A DNA stretch of 64,000 bases from Trueperaceae bacterium (GTDB taxonomy: Bacteria; Deinococcota; Deinococci; Deinococcales; Trueperaceae), in NCBI GenBank assembly GCA_965214405.1, contig OZ243956.1:416001-480000 (forward strand), in the 5' to 3' direction. The notes below the pieces were generated by a model, which saw only the letters and a program-made list of their open reading frames with translations, was not told where the DNA came from and made no database searches. The number at the start of each line of letters is the position of its first letter. The stretch's first letter is position 1. The position numbers and the translations under genes were made by a program. Below are positions 49,068-60,284 of this stretch, piece by piece.

Positions 49068-49967
49068 ATGAAACGTTTTGTCTTCGTCCTCCTCGCGCTT
49101 GTCGGCTTCCTCCTCGTTTGGGGCGTGGCCGAGCCTTATTTTATCGACGAGCAAACGTACGAGGTCGGGATTCCCAACCTTCCGGCCTCTTTAGAGGGAA
49201 AACAGGTTGCCGTGATTGCGGACATGCAAGTCGGGATGTGGCTCGGCAACACCTGGACAATCGAGCGCATCGTCGACAGGATTATTAACGATAAACCTGC
49301 CGCGGTCCTTATCGCGGGTGATTTTGTCTATCACGTCGAGGGGGGCTCGAGCCTCACAGTGACCAAGGCGGTTTCTCTGGTCGCGCCTTTGGCCGAGGCA
49401 GGCCTGCCGACCTACGCGGTTTTGGGCAACCACGATTACGCGATGCCCACCAGCCAAGCGCCCAGAGACGAGGCGCTGGCTAGCGCGGTGCAACGGGCGC
49501 TCGAGGACGCCGGAATCACGGTGCTCCAAAACCAGGCCGCGCCCCTCCCCACCCAAACGGACGAGCCGCCCCTTTACATCGTCGGCGTGGGCGCACACGT
49601 CGCCGATGAGGATAGGCCCGAGCTTGCTCTTGCCGAGGTGCCGGACGACGCCCCGCGACTCGCGCTCATGCACCACCCGGAATCGTTCAAGGCGTTTCCC
49701 GCGGACACCGCGCCGCTGGCCGTGGCAGGCCACACGCACGGGGGACAGTTTCGCATCCCCTTTACCCCCTCCTGGACCTGGATGTCCTACACCAGCGAGG
49801 ACGAAATTCACGCGGACGGGTTTATTAAGAACTACGGCGCGGCGGGCAACCAGCTTTATGTAAACCAGGGCATCGGTTTTAGCGTCGTCCCGCTAAGGCT
49901 CAACGCGCCTCCCGAACTCACTCTCTTTACACTTCGCCGAGGGAGCGGCGCGGAGACAACGCGGTAA
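49068..49967 (+). CDS. Metallophosphoesterase (YkuE/YaeI-like)
   Basis: GDF, GNHD, GHTHGGQ motifs. Confidence 0.85.
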   Translation: MKRFVFVLLALVGFLLVWGVAEPYFIDEQTYEVGIPNLPASLEGKQVAVIADMQVGMWLGNTWTIERIVDRIINDKPAAVLIAGDFVYHVEGGSSLTVTKAVSLVAPLAEAGLPTYAVLGNHDYAMPTSQAPRDEALASAVQRALEDAGITVLQNQAAPLPTQTDEPPLYIVGVGAHVADEDRPELALAEVPDDAPRLALMHHPESFKAFPADTAPLAVAGHTHGGQFRIPFTPSWTWMSYTSEDEIHADGFIKNYGAAGNQLYVNQGIGFSVVPLRLNAPPELTLFTLRRGSGAETTR

Positions 49968-49978
49968 CCTATTAAGAA

Positions 49979-50054
49979 GATGGGGTGTAGAGAGATGGGG
50001 AGCGCAGGCTTTCTCTTTTCTCCCCAACACCCCGTCTCCCCCGCTCCCCACCTC
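49979..50054. repeat. Purine-arm/pyrimidine-arm inverted repeat with ~8-nt periodicity
   Basis: GATGGGGT...GATGGGGA arm pairs with TCCCC-containing units; similar to 56170-56242. Confidence 0.6.
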
Positions 50055-50127
50055 AGTTCACACCTTACTTCCTGCGGTAGACTTAGCGCCAAAGGCCCAA
50101 GGACGTAAAAGGACGTAAGGAGCAACC

Positions 50128-50478
50128 ATGACTCATCCTGATTGCATTTTCTGCCAGATTATCGCGGGTAAAATTCCTGCTGACAAAGTCTACGAGACGA
50201 ACCACCACATCGCCTTCCGCGACATCCAGCCCAAAGCGCCCGTGCATCTGCTCGTGGTGCCCAAAACGCACTCCGCGCGGCTAGACGAGATGGCGGCGGG
50301 CGGGAACACGCCGGTTCTGGGCGAACTTTTCGGGGCGGCCATCGGAGCCGCCGAGGCCAACGACTTAGGCGACTACCGTTTGGTGGTCAACGTCGGACCC
50401 AAGGCGGGGCAAGAGGTGTTTCACACGCACGTACACGTTTTGGCAGGCTGGCCGGAACGCGCTGAAAACGTCCGGTGA
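50128..50478 (+). CDS. Histidine triad (HIT) nucleotide-binding protein
   Basis: CIFC, GQEVFHTHVH. Confidence 0.92.
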   Translation: MTHPDCIFCQIIAGKIPADKVYETNHHIAFRDIQPKAPVHLLVVPKTHSARLDEMAAGGNTPVLGELFGAAIGAAEANDLGDYRLVVNVGPKAGQEVFHTHVHVLAGWPERAENVR

Positions 50479-50546
50479 GGGGAAGGTAAGCGAGGCAAGT
50501 TGGGAGCTGGATGACGCGCAGCCTTGAGGCGCGGTAGGCTGGGGAC

Positions 50547-51746
50547 ATGAAGCTTTCGCCGCCCGACGGCACCCGTTACACCTTTTCACAAGACGCGGTT
50601 CGGCGTTTGGAAATTGTAGACACGCTGCGGCGTCTTTATGAGAGTTGGGGCTACGCGCCCGTCGAGCCCCCCGCCCTCGAGCACTACGACCCCGCGCACC
50701 CCGCCGCCGCCAAATCGTTCAAGCTCTCCGACCGCGACTCGGGCGTGCTGGCCCTGCGCGCCGACTTTACCCCGGCCTTAGCGCGTTTGGTGCGCCTTTA
50801 CTATCCTGAGGCGGCGGGTGCGAGCGCGGGTATGGATAACAGCACGCCCCACCGCTTCCACTACTGCGGCACCCTGTGGCAGGCCATCGACCCGGACTTA
50901 GCGCGCACCCGCGAGTTTACGCAAGTGGGCCTCGAGCTTGTCGGCGTCTCCAACCCAAAGGCCGACGCCGAACTCGTCCACTTGGCGTGCGAGTCGGTGC
51001 GCGCGGTGGGCCTAATCCCCCGCGTGGAGCTTGGCAACCCCGGCTTTGTGCGCGCGCTTTTCGACCTTGCCAAGGTGCCCTTTGAGGCGCGCGAAGGGCT
51101 GGCGGACGCCATCGACCGCAAGGACGTGTGTACGCTCGAGGAACTGCTCGAGCCCCTCCCCCTTGCCCCCGACCTCCGCCGCGCCTTTTCAACCCTGCCC
51201 GACCTCTACGGCGACGTTCATGGTGAGATGGGCGTCCTCGAGGCGGCGCGGGCGGTTGCGCCTTGGGCGGAAACGCGGCTCGAGCTTGACCGCTTGGAGG
51301 CTATCTTGGGTGAATTCGAGGACGACAGCGAACTCCTGCTCGACTTGGGCATGGCGCGGCGGCACCGCTACTACACGGGGATGATGTTTCGCGCCTACAC
51401 CTTTGACTTCGGGCAGCCCCTCCTGGGCGGGGGCCGCTACGACGGGGCGCTCTTGCCCTACGCGGCGGGTTTCGCACTCGGTTTAGAACGTCTCATGAAC
51501 GCCCTGTCGCCCGCGGACACCGCCTCGATACCCCTTGCGCTGAGTTTGGACGACACCCTCGCCCGGCGCTTACGCGCGGCGGGCTACGTGGTGGAGCGCG
51601 CTCTCGAGCCCAGTTTGGAGAAAGCACGACGGTACGCACAAGCCCGAGGCATCCCCTATTTGCTGACCCAAGTCGGTCTCGAGCCGCTCACCCCCCACCC
51701 GCCTCACGTCGAGGATTTGAGCGCGCTTCTCGAGGGGGTCTCGTGA
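50547..51746 (+). CDS. hisZ: ATP phosphoribosyltransferase regulatory subunit
   Basis: [25 protein letters not shown]; overlaps hisG. Confidence 0.9.
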   Translation: MKLSPPDGTRYTFSQDAVRRLEIVDTLRRLYESWGYAPVEPPALEHYDPAHPAAAKSFKLSDRDSGVLALRADFTPALARLVRLYYPEAAGASAGMDNSTPHRFHYCGTLWQAIDPDLARTREFTQVGLELVGVSNPKADAELVHLACESVRAVGLIPRVELGNPGFVRALFDLAKVPFEAREGLADAIDRKDVCTLEELLEPLPLAPDLRRAFSTLPDLYGDVHGEMGVLEAARAVAPWAETRLELDRLEAILGEFEDDSELLLDLGMARRHRYYTGMMFRAYTFDFGQPLLGGGRYDGALLPYAAGFALGLERLMNALSPADTASIPLALSLDDTLARRLRAAGYVVERALEPSLEKARRYAQARGIPYLLTQVGLEPLTPHPPHVEDLSALLEGVS

Positions 51747-52387
51747 CGGACTTTACGACTGGGTCTAAGCTAGTTTTGGCCCTGCCCAAAGGACGCGTGC
51801 TGAACGAGAGCCTGCGGGTCTTACGGGCGGCGGGGCTCTCGCTCGAGCTTTCCCCCCACAACCGGGCGCTCCGGCACGACGCGGGGGACGCGCACCTTAT
51901 TGAGATGCGCAACGCCGACGTGCCCACCTACGTCGAGCTGGGCGTGGCCGACGCGGGCGTGGTGGGTAAGGACGTGCTGCTCGAGGCCGCGCGCACCCTC
52001 TATGAACCCGTGGACTTGGGTTTCGCCGCCTGCCGCTTGTCGCTCATTCGCCCTTTGGGAGAGGCCGGGCCGGTGCGCCGGGTGGCGAGCAAGTACCCGC
52101 GCCTCACGCAGGATTATTTGCAACGGGTGGGCTCGAGCGCCGAGGTGGTCAAACTCTCGGGCAACGTCGAGCTGGCTTGCTTGACGGGTCTCGCCGACGC
52201 GGTGGTGGACGTGGTCGAAACGGGTGGCACGCTGCGCGCGAACGGGCTTGCCGAGGTTGAAGTCATTTTGCACGCGTCGGCGCGCTTCGTCGTTAACCGG
52301 GCCGCGCTCAAGCTCAAGGCGGAACGGCTGCGCCCGCTCATTACGGCCTTGCGCGAGGTGGTAAAGGCGGTCGAGCCCGCAGACTGA
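51743..52387 (+). CDS. hisG: ATP phosphoribosyltransferase, short form
   Basis: ALPKGR, DVPTYVE, ASKYP, GNVELA, DVVETG. Confidence 0.94.
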   Translation: MTDFTTGSKLVLALPKGRVLNESLRVLRAAGLSLELSPHNRALRHDAGDAHLIEMRNADVPTYVELGVADAGVVGKDVLLEAARTLYEPVDLGFAACRLSLIRPLGEAGPVRRVASKYPRLTQDYLQRVGSSAEVVKLSGNVELACLTGLADAVVDVVETGGTLRANGLAEVEVILHASARFVVNRAALKLKAERLRPLITALREVVKAVEPAD

Positions 52388-52539
52388 GAGCTTGAGTGGA
52401 GCAGGAGGTATTAAAGGAAACTCTCCGTCCCCTGCCATACACGCATTCACACGCCCTGACAGAAAAAGGGGCGACAAACTATAAACCTCAGCCCTCTTTT
52501 TGCCTGACAATTATGGGTACTATCGCTCGAGGAGGAAAC

Positions 52540-53301
52540 ATGAAAAAACTGCTACTTTTGGCGGCGCTGCTTTTGGCGGCAAACGCTTTTGGACAAGACA
52601 TGGACCCGCCCCACTGGAGCTACAGCGGCGAGACGGGGCCTGAAGCTTGGGGTGAACTCGACGAGGCCTATCAGCTTTGCGCTCTGGGCACTGAGCAGTC
52701 GCCCATCGACCTTGTTGAGGCAAGCTTTACGCCAGAGGACCTTCAAGACATTGAATTTAATTACCAATCCTCGGCTCTGACGCTGACCAACAACGGGCAC
52801 ACCATCCAGGCCACCTACGACCCGGGCAGCAGCATGGTGTTGGACGGCGAAGCGTACGAACTCTTGCAGTTTCACTTTCACACGCCGAGCGAGCACGCGC
52901 TTAACGGAAACTTGTCGGGAGCCGAGCTCCACTTTGTCCATAGGAGGGTGGGCACCGAGGGAGAGTTGGCGGTGGTCGGCGTGCTGATTGAGGAGGGCGA
53001 GGAGAATAGCGCGCTCGCACCCGTGTTGGCGAACGCGCCCGAGGAGGGCGAGACGGAAACCTTTGGGGAGACGGTTGACGCCAACACCTTGCTGCCAGAA
53101 GGCCGCGTCACCTACCGCTACCCGGGCTCCTTGACCACGCCGCCCTGCTCTCAGGGCGTGAAGTGGAACGTGCTGGCCCAGCCTATTCAGATGTCCGCCG
53201 AGCAAATCCAAACGCTCTTCTCGATTATCGGCGAGAGCAACCGCCCCTTACAGCCGCTCGGCGACCGGGTGCTGTTAGAGGACTCGAGCACGGACGAGTA
53301 A
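52540..53301 (+). CDS. Secreted alpha-carbonic anhydrase
   Basis: QSPID, NNGHT, QFHFHTPSEH, ELHFVH, GSLTTPPC; signal peptide; GGAGG RBS before ATG 52540. Confidence 0.93.
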   Translation: MKKLLLLAALLLAANAFGQDMDPPHWSYSGETGPEAWGELDEAYQLCALGTEQSPIDLVEASFTPEDLQDIEFNYQSSALTLTNNGHTIQATYDPGSSMVLDGEAYELLQFHFHTPSEHALNGNLSGAELHFVHRRVGTEGELAVVGVLIEEGEENSALAPVLANAPEEGETETFGETVDANTLLPEGRVTYRYPGSLTTPPCSQGVKWNVLAQPIQMSAEQIQTLFSIIGESNRPLQPLGDRVLLEDSSTDE

Positions 53302-53330
53302 AAACTCAAGTTTGCATAAGCAAGTCGCAC

Positions 53331-53363
53331 ACGGGCGGGGGTTTACATTCTCCCGCCCGTTTT
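53331..53363 (+). terminator. Intrinsic terminator
   Basis: ACGGGCGGG...CCCGCCCGT followed by TTT. Confidence 0.7.
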
Positions 53364-53411
53364 GTCGTGGTGGAGTGCAGCGCACTCGAGCCCCGCCCGC
53401 TATAGTAAAGT

Positions 53412-54863
53412 ATGAAAATTTTGTACCCCGTCTGGTTCCTTTTTGCAGGCCTGGCTTTTGCTGTGCCCGCGCCGCAACTTTTCGACACCGCCTGGGCCGA
53501 CCGCACGCCCTTTGAAAACGACCTCGTGGACCCGTCTGTGCTCAACGACAGCCTCTTCGACGGGGCCAGCGTCTACCACATCGCGTTCGACCTCACCGGC
53601 GACACCATCACGGGCGCGCAAGAAATCCTCTACACCAACCGCACCGGACAAACGCTTGGTGACCTCGTCTTGCATCTCTACCCCAACCTTTTGGGCAGCG
53701 CGCTGAGGGTCAACGAGCTGCGTTTGGACGGGACGACGGTTCCTTTTACGCTCGAGCGGTCCAACAGCATCCTCCGCGCGCCACTGCCAAAGGGGCTCGA
53801 GTCGGGCTCGAGCGTCGTCATCAGCACGGACTTTGCGCTCGACGTGACCAGGGACGTCCGCGAGAGCTATGGCCGTCTGGCGCGTTATAAAGGTTACGCG
53901 GACGTTCTCAGCCTCGCGCACGCCTACCCGACGGTGGCGGTTTTTGAGGACGGCGCGTGGGACACGCGCGTACCGCCCAGTCAAGGCGACCCTCTCTACG
54001 CCGAGACTGCGTTCTTCCTGGTCAAGGTGCGCGCGCCCGCCGCGCGGACGCTGGTGGCCTCGGGGGCGGCGGTGACGCGCGAGTTGGAGGGGAAAACGCA
54101 GGAGGTCGTGTTCGCGGCGGGGCCGGTGCGCGACTTTTATCTGGTGAGCGGCGACTACATAGAGCAGCACCTGAGTATAGGCGAGGTGACGATTCGCTCC
54201 TACGCGCCCGCCGATCTCACCGAGGGCTCGTGGCGCGGCCTTCAATACGCGCGTGACGCGGTTCAGACGTTTGAGGATGAGTTCGGCCCTTACCCCTACC
54301 GCGAACTCGACATAGTCGCGGTGCCCGTCACGGCGGGCGGCATCGAATTTCCGGGGATTTTCAACGTGTCGAACCCCTATTACGAACAGCCCGGCGGCTT
54401 TTTTGAGACCATCGTCGTCCACGAGACCGCGCACCAGTGGTTTTTTGGTCTGGTCGGCAACAACCAGCTCACCGAACCCTGGCTCGACGAAGCGCTCGCC
54501 CAGTACGCCACGCTGCGCTACTACGGCGCGGTGCGCGGCGAAGAGAGCGCGGACGCCTTTCGGCGTTACTTACAGGCTTCCTGGACGGCGGCCTTGCGGC
54601 GCGACATCCCCATCGGTCGCCCCGTCGACAGCTATTCGGAACTCACCTACAGCGCCATCGTCTACGGGCGCGGCCCGCTCTTTTTCGAGGCGTTGGCGGA
54701 CGAGGTGGGGCAGGAGACGCTTTCTGCAACGCTGCGCGACTACGTCCAGACCTACGCGTACCGCGTCGCCGACACGGAAGGTTTCAAAGACGTAGCCGAG
54801 GAGAACTGTGGCTGCGACCTTACCCCGCTTTTTGAGACCTGGATTTACGACACCTCACCCTGA
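53412..54863 (+). CDS. M1-family zinc metallopeptidase, secreted
   Basis: GGIEFP, HETAHQWF...WLDE, VYGRG. Confidence 0.88.
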   Translation: MKILYPVWFLFAGLAFAVPAPQLFDTAWADRTPFENDLVDPSVLNDSLFDGASVYHIAFDLTGDTITGAQEILYTNRTGQTLGDLVLHLYPNLLGSALRVNELRLDGTTVPFTLERSNSILRAPLPKGLESGSSVVISTDFALDVTRDVRESYGRLARYKGYADVLSLAHAYPTVAVFEDGAWDTRVPPSQGDPLYAETAFFLVKVRAPAARTLVASGAAVTRELEGKTQEVVFAAGPVRDFYLVSGDYIEQHLSIGEVTIRSYAPADLTEGSWRGLQYARDAVQTFEDEFGPYPYRELDIVAVPVTAGGIEFPGIFNVSNPYYEQPGGFFETIVVHETAHQWFFGLVGNNQLTEPWLDEALAQYATLRYYGAVRGEESADAFRRYLQASWTAALRRDIPIGRPVDSYSELTYSAIVYGRGPLFFEALADEVGQETLSATLRDYVQTYAYRVADTEGFKDVAEENCGCDLTPLFETWIYDTSP

Positions 54864-55304
54864 TTAAGACACCCGCATCTCCGCCGCGATATAGCTCACC
54901 CTGACGACGGGCGACCCGGCGAGCCGCCGCAGCGTGGCGAGCTGGCCGATATGGGTTGCCACGTCGGTTAAGGGACCTTGAAGGATGCGCTCTAAACTTA
55001 GTGCCGCGTCCTCCCGAAGCTCTCCTCCGCCGAGGTCGGCGTCCACCAGGGCCAGCGCGTCCAAAAACCGCGCCTTTTCTTCCGCCCACGGCAGCGGCTC
55101 GAGGCGCTCCCGCTCAAACGCCACAAACTGCTCATGCACGAGCCCCACGAGCCCGGTCATGTGCTTGACGATGTCTCGAGGCGTACGCACCTCCGCTCCA
55201 GCCACAAAGTCACCGAAACTCGAGGGCGCGTCCTCGGTCACGTGCTGAAAACGAAAGGTCAGGCTCGCCACGAGGTGACGCAGCGTGTCTTGTACAGTAG
55301 TCAC
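54864..55304 (-). CDS. DinB-like protein
   Basis: RTPRDIVKHM...THIGQLATLRR pattern; AAGGAG RBS before GTG 55304. Confidence 0.65.
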   Translation of the reverse strand: MTTVQDTLRHLVASLTFRFQHVTEDAPSSFGDFVAGAEVRTPRDIVKHMTGLVGLVHEQFVAFERERLEPLPWAEEKARFLDALALVDADLGGGELREDAALSLERILQGPLTDVATHIGQLATLRRLAGSPVVRVSYIAAEMRVS

Positions 55305-55437
55305 GGAAGTCTCCTTTGGAAACTCGAAGATAAACCAGTCTACCGCAGGCGTTCTGCAAAGATTTTGGTGGTGCGGGGGCTCGAGAATGCGTGAGCAGGG
55401 CTTGCTATAGTAGCGAAGATACCGGAGGTCATGACTG

Positions 55438-55758
55438 GTGGCGTGGACATACATCGTACTAGCGGGACTTTGTGAAGTGGGTTGGGCTTTTGGGCTGAAA
55501 TATACCGAGGGCTTTACAAGACTCTGGCCCAGTTTGGCGACCGTAGCCGGGATGGTCGTGAGTTTTTATCTGCTCTCGCAGGCGCTTAAAACGATTCCCG
55601 TCGGCACGGGCTACGCGGTGTGGACGGGCATCGGCGCGGCGGGGACGGTGGTGCTGGGCATGGTGGTGTTGGGGGAACCGCGCGACATCCTCCGCCTCGT
55701 TTTCCTCGCGCTGATTTTGATTGGGATAGCCGGATTAAAGCTCGCGTCACCGGGATAG
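55438..55758 (+). CDS. sugE: SMR-family transporter, Gdx/SugE subtype
   Basis: AGLCEVGWAFGLK, GFTRLWP, PVGTGYAVWTGIG. Confidence 0.85.
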   Translation: MAWTYIVLAGLCEVGWAFGLKYTEGFTRLWPSLATVAGMVVSFYLLSQALKTIPVGTGYAVWTGIGAAGTVVLGMVVLGEPRDILRLVFLALILIGIAGLKLASPG

Positions 55759-55769
55759 GGGGCGTTGGC

Positions 55770-56165
55770 GTGCTTTCCGTCTCACCCTTACCCGTACGTT
55801 TCGCCTGGGGAGAGGATTTCTGCTCCGCCGACGGCCTCCTCCGGCTCGAGGATCATGTGCTCGTGCTCGAGTACCGGGTGCGCGACATCATAGGCAATCC
55901 CGAGGGACCGACGCGCGAGCTGGCGCTGCCGCTTGTTGAGGTGGAGGCGCTCGAGTGGCGTCGCGGCCCCCTGGGCGGACTTTTCAGGAGCCACGTCATC
56001 TTGAGAGTGCGGCATTTGCGGGTGCTAGAGGGGCTACCGGGCGGCGAGGAAGGACGGCTCCGGTTCCGAGTACGCCGGGCGGACCGGGAGGAGGCGCGGG
56101 AGTTCGCCTCGCAGGCGCGGCTTGCGCTGTCGGGGCTGTGGTTGCGGGAGCTCGAGGGGGAGTAA
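55770..56165 (+). CDS. Hypothetical protein
   Basis: ORF following sugE with host-like codon use; start uncertain. Confidence 0.5.
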   Translation: MLSVSPLPVRFAWGEDFCSADGLLRLEDHVLVLEYRVRDIIGNPEGPTRELALPLVEVEALEWRRGPLGGLFRSHVILRVRHLRVLEGLPGGEEGRLRFRVRRADREEAREFASQARLALSGLWLRELEGE

Positions 56166-56169
56166 AGCA

Positions 56170-56242
56170 GGTAGGGGGGTGGGGAGATAGGGAGTAGAGG
56201 AGAATTTTTCCCCATCGCCCTTGCTCCCCATCTCCCCAACAC
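56170..56242. repeat. Purine-arm/pyrimidine-arm inverted repeat with ~8-nt periodicity
   Basis: GGGGAGAT/AGGGAGTA units pair with CCCCATCG/CCCCATCT/CCCCAACA units. Confidence 0.6.
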
Positions 56243-56296
56243 AAACGCGTTACCTCCCGCAACGGGCCGTCAACCAGAACTTGCTATAGTCAAAAG

Positions 56297-56617
56297 ATGG
56301 CAAAAGCGGGCTCCGACACGCTTACAAAGTCTCGAACACAGACCGAAACGCAGACCAAGACCAAAACCCCGCCCCTGTACCGGGTGCTCCTCTTAAACGA
56401 CGACTACACCCCGATGGACTTTGTGGTGGGGGTGCTCGAGCGTTTCTTCCGCAAAAACGAAGCGGAGGCCACACGCATCATGCTCAACGTCCACCAACAG
56501 GGCGTAGGTGTCTGCGGCGTCTACACCTTTGAGATTGCCGAGACGAAAGTTAACCAAGTTACAGTAAGCGCACGCGGGGCGGGCTATCCGCTGCGCTGCA
56601 CGCTGGAGCCTGCATGA
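56297..56617 (+). CDS. clpS: ATP-dependent Clp protease adaptor
   Basis: [29 protein letters not shown]. Confidence 0.96.
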   Translation: MAKAGSDTLTKSRTQTETQTKTKTPPLYRVLLLNDDYTPMDFVVGVLERFFRKNEAEATRIMLNVHQQGVGVCGVYTFEIAETKVNQVTVSARGAGYPLRCTLEPA

Positions 56618-58821
56618 TTTCCCAAACCCTCAAAGAGACGATTCACCGGGCGGTGAGTGCGGCGCGCGACGCCGGGCTCGAGTACGCGGGCGCGGAACAC
56701 CTGCTTCTCGCCCTGCTGGACGACCCCGACGCCGCGCCCGTGCTGAAACGCTGCGGGGTCGAGGTGAAAAGTCTGCGCGACGAGTTGGAGGAGGGGCTGG
56801 CGGGGCTCGAGTCCGTACCCGACGGCTTCGACGTCGCCACCACCGTCACCACCACCTTTGAACGCATCGTCCAGCGCGCCATCTACCAGATGCAGGCGGC
56901 GGGCCGCGAGGCAGCGAACGGGGCGCACGTGTTGGCTGCAATGTTTGACGAGCCGATGTCGGGGGCTTGTCAAGTGCTCGAGCGTTACGGTCTGTCCAAA
57001 CTCGACGTAACGAGCGTGCTGGCCGACGGCGTGGCGTCGGGCACGCAGGGGCGTCCGTCGCCGCTCGAGGCGGAACCTGAAGAACCAAATGCAAGCGAGC
57101 CTTTAGAAGCCTACTGCACCGACCTCACCGCGCAGGCCGAGGCGGGCGCGCTGGACCCGCTCATCGGTAGACAGCATGAACTCACGCGGATGTTGCAGGT
57201 ACTCTCGAGGCGGAGCAAGAACAATCCGCTGCTCGTGGGCGACCCTGGCGTGGGCAAAACGGCGTTGGTGGAGGGATTGGCGCAAAGGATGGTGGCGGGC
57301 GAGGTGCCCGAGGCGCTGCGGGGGGCGCGGCTCTACGCGCTCGACTTGGGAAGCCTGCTCGCGGGCACGCGCTACCGGGGCGATTTTGAGGAGCGGCTTA
57401 AGGGGGTATTGGGGGCGCTCGAGGCCAACCCCGCCATACTTTTTATCGACGAAATCCACACCGTTGTCGGCGCGGGCGCGGTCTCGGGCGGCACGATGGA
57501 CGCGTCCAATCTGCTCAAACCGGCGCTCGCCAAGGGCCTGCGCTGCATCGGCGCAACGACTTTTGAGGAGTATAAAGTCATAGAAAGAGACCGCGCGCTG
57601 AGCCGCCGCTTTGGCAAAATCGACGTGCTCGAGCCCTCCCCCGCCGAGGCCGTAAAAATTTTGCGGGGTTTAAGACCTAAGCTCGAGGCGCACTACGGGC
57701 TGCGCTACACCGACGGGGCCTTAGAAAGTGCGGTAACGCTCGCGGCGCGTCACCTTTCCGGGCGGCGGCTGCCGGACGCGGCCATCGACGTGTTAGACGA
57801 GGCGGGCGCGGCGCTCACGCTTGGGAGTAGAGACCGCAAACGCGTTGGGGTGGGAGATGTCGAGGCCACGGTCGCGTCTATCGCGCGTATACCGGCCAAA
57901 ACGGTCTCGAGCGACGACGCGGTGAAGCTCTCTCACCTCGAGGCCGACCTAGCCAACGTGGTGTTCGGCCAACCCAAGGCGGTGCGCGAGGTGGCGGACG
58001 CGGTCAAGCTCGCCCGCTCGGGGCTGCGGGACCCCCAGAAGCCCATCGGCGCGTTTCTCTTTTCCGGGCCAACGGGGGTGGGAAAAACGGAGCTTGCCAA
58101 AGGGCTCGCCTCGAATTTGGAAGCCCCCCTCTTGCGTTTCGACATGTCCGAATATATGGAAAAACACGCCGTCTCTCGCCTTATCGGCGCGCCGCCCGGC
58201 TACGTCGGCTTCGACCAGGGCGGCCTCCTCACCGACGCTGTCACCCGCAACCCGCACGCGGTTTTGCTCTTAGACGAAATCGAAAAGGCGCACCCGGACT
58301 TGTTTAATATCCTCTTGCAGGTGATGGATTACGGCAGGATGACCGACCACAACGGTAAAGAGGTGGACTTTCGCAACGTCGTCCTCATTATGACCACCAA
58401 CGCGGGCGCGGCGGAGGCGAGCGGCCCCGCGGTGGGCTTTACGGGCGGCAGCAAAACCTATGCGAGCGAGGAGGCGGTCAAAAGGCTCTTCACCCCCGAG
58501 TTCCGCGGGCGGCTCGACGCGGTGGTGCCATTCGCGCCCCTCGACAAGGGCGTCATGGCGCGCATCGTGGACAAGTTTGTTGGCGAGTTGGAGGCGCAGT
58601 TGCGTGAGCGCAAGGTGAGGCTCGAGGTGAGCCCCGAAGCTCGAGCCGAACTCGCCACCCGCGGCTTTGATACCCAGTACGGCGCGCGGCCTCTTGCTCG
58701 AGTGGTCCAGGAAACCCTCAAAAAGCCCCTCGCTGACGCGCTACTTTTTGGCGCGCTCAAGGGAGGCGGCGCGGTGCAGGTTGAGCTAGAAAATGGCGAA
58801 TTTCGGCTGAGGTACGTGTAG
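56614..58821 (+). CDS. clpA: ATP-dependent Clp protease ATP-binding subunit
   Basis: Two AAA+ modules ([16 protein letters not shown]); no middle coiled coil; coupled to clpS. Confidence 0.94.
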   Translation: MISQTLKETIHRAVSAARDAGLEYAGAEHLLLALLDDPDAAPVLKRCGVEVKSLRDELEEGLAGLESVPDGFDVATTVTTTFERIVQRAIYQMQAAGREAANGAHVLAAMFDEPMSGACQVLERYGLSKLDVTSVLADGVASGTQGRPSPLEAEPEEPNASEPLEAYCTDLTAQAEAGALDPLIGRQHELTRMLQVLSRRSKNNPLLVGDPGVGKTALVEGLAQRMVAGEVPEALRGARLYALDLGSLLAGTRYRGDFEERLKGVLGALEANPAILFIDEIHTVVGAGAVSGGTMDASNLLKPALAKGLRCIGATTFEEYKVIERDRALSRRFGKIDVLEPSPAEAVKILRGLRPKLEAHYGLRYTDGALESAVTLAARHLSGRRLPDAAIDVLDEAGAALTLGSRDRKRVGVGDVEATVASIARIPAKTVSSDDAVKLSHLEADLANVVFGQPKAVREVADAVKLARSGLRDPQKPIGAFLFSGPTGVGKTELAKGLASNLEAPLLRFDMSEYMEKHAVSRLIGAPPGYVGFDQGGLLTDAVTRNPHAVLLLDEIEKAHPDLFNILLQVMDYGRMTDHNGKEVDFRNVVLIMTTNAGAAEASGPAVGFTGGSKTYASEEAVKRLFTPEFRGRLDAVVPFAPLDKGVMARIVDKFVGELEAQLRERKVRLEVSPEARAELATRGFDTQYGARPLARVVQETLKKPLADALLFGALKGGGAVQVELENGEFRLRYV

Positions 58822-58824
58822 GGG

Positions 58825-59283
58825 CTACTCGAGTAGCCCCTCAAACTCCCCTAACATCTCGTCGGCACTCTCTTTGTTCCTGACGATGACCAAAATCGTG
58901 TTCTGCCCCGCGATGGTCCCCACGATTTCCTCGCGGTCGAGCTTGTCAATCACGTAGGCGATGCCCGTCGCGTGCCCCTCGTCGGTGTTGATGACGATGA
59001 TGTTGTCGCCCCGGTCGAGGGTGCGCACGAACAGTTTGAAGCGCTGCTGAAGCTCGCCCATCACGTCCTCTTGCGCGGCCAGCGGGGTCGAGCGGTAGCG
59101 GTGCTGGCCGTTGCCCGCGGGCAGCCGCACCAATCTGAGTTCGTTCACATCACGCGAAATGGTTGCCTGCGTCACCCTGATCCCGCGGTTGTGGAGGTGC
59201 TCGGCGATTTCGGACTGGGTCGAGACGAATTCGTTCTCGACGAGTTCTTCAATAAGGCGTTGTCGGTACTCTTTACTCGGCAT
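58825..59283 (-). CDS. argR: Arginine repressor
   Basis: TQATISRD, GTIAGQNT. Confidence 0.92.
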   Translation of the reverse strand: MPSKEYRQRLIEELVENEFVSTQSEIAEHLHNRGIRVTQATISRDVNELRLVRLPAGNGQHRYRSTPLAAQEDVMGELQQRFKLFVRTLDRGDNIIVINTDEGHATGIAYVIDKLDREEIVGTIAGQNTILVIVRNKESADEMLGEFEGLLE

Positions 59284-59294
59284 ATTTATACATT
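59277..59294 (-). promoter_or_regulatory. ARG box overlapping the argR start codon
   Basis: Minus-strand AATGTATAAATATGCCGA resembles the TGnATwwwwATnCA consensus; adjacent to a TATAAT. Confidence 0.65.
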
Positions 59295-59425
59295 ATACAC
59301 GTTTTCTTCTGTGTATGCACAAGGGGTGACAACAGCTTCATCGTGGTTACTGTGTGAGTGGTTGCTGTGTGAGGTAGACTCGTTGGTAAAAAAGCTTTTT
59401 ACAGAAAGGTTGATTTTTGATCCCT

Positions 59426-60190
59426 ATGGATAATTTACGCACCTACCTAGATTTCGCCGCCGACACCGCCTATCACGCGGGCCGCCTTACGCTCGGCTAC
59501 TTCGGGCGGGGCATCCAACCCGATTTCAAAGCGGACGACTCCCCCGTGACCGTCGCCGACCGCGAGGCCGAGAAGCTTATTCGCGCGCGTATCGAGGCGC
59601 GCTTTCCTGAGCACACCGTCCTGGGTGAGGAGGGAGGCTTGGAGAGGGAGGGCTCGAGCCACCGCTGGATTGTCGACCCCATCGACGGCACAAAGTCGTT
59701 CATGCGCGGCGTGCCGCTCTACGGCGTGCTGATCGGGCTCGAGATTGAGGGCCACTGCGAGGTGGGCGCGGCCTATTTTCCGGCCTTGGACGAGATGGTC
59801 TGCGCCGCCTCGGGTGAAGGCTGTTACTGGAACGGGCGGCGCTGCTACGTGACCCAAACCGAAAGCCTCTCTCGCAGCATCGTCTCCTTCACCGACGCGG
59901 CGAGCTTTGCCGCGCACGGTCGCGCTGAGGCTTGGCAACGTATCCAGGCCGCCACCTACCACCGCGTGGGCTGGTCGGACGCCTACGGTCATATGCTCGT
60001 CGCCACCGGACGCTTGGAACTGATGCTCGACCCCGTCATGAACCCCTGGGACTGCGCGCCCTTTCCGCCTATTTTGCGCGAAGCGGGGGGCTACTTTGGC
60101 GACTGGTCGGGGTCGGAGACGATTTACGGCGGCGAGGCGTTGAGTACGACAAAGACGCTCCTGCCGGAGGTGCTGAAGCTTATCCCGTAA
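59426..60190 (+). CDS. hisN: Inositol monophosphatase family, probable histidinol-phosphatase
   Basis: KADDSPVTVAD, DPIDGTKSF, WD motif; hisZG lies nearby. Confidence 0.72.
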   Translation: MDNLRTYLDFAADTAYHAGRLTLGYFGRGIQPDFKADDSPVTVADREAEKLIRARIEARFPEHTVLGEEGGLEREGSSHRWIVDPIDGTKSFMRGVPLYGVLIGLEIEGHCEVGAAYFPALDEMVCAASGEGCYWNGRRCYVTQTESLSRSIVSFTDAASFAAHGRAEAWQRIQAATYHRVGWSDAYGHMLVATGRLELMLDPVMNPWDCAPFPPILREAGGYFGDWSGSETIYGGEALSTTKTLLPEVLKLIP

Positions 60191-60284
60191 AAGCCACCTT
60201 AATTTAGAAAGTGGGGCTTACGCTCCGAGTGGTGCGGACGGAGAAAACACGTACGCGTGCTAAAATCTTCTCACGGAGGTAGTT

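Noticed and set aside
53400..54434. Long antisense ORFs (e.g. 53400-54434, 32682-33569, 45351-46208, 8146-8955, 23732-24541)
   Set aside because: They overlap well-supported genes on the other strand, as expected from high-GC codon bias.
55380..55437. Guanidine riboswitch before sugE
   Set aside because: The leader after the TATAGT box is under 30 nt and has no paired ACG(A/G)-loop hairpins or other guanidine motif.
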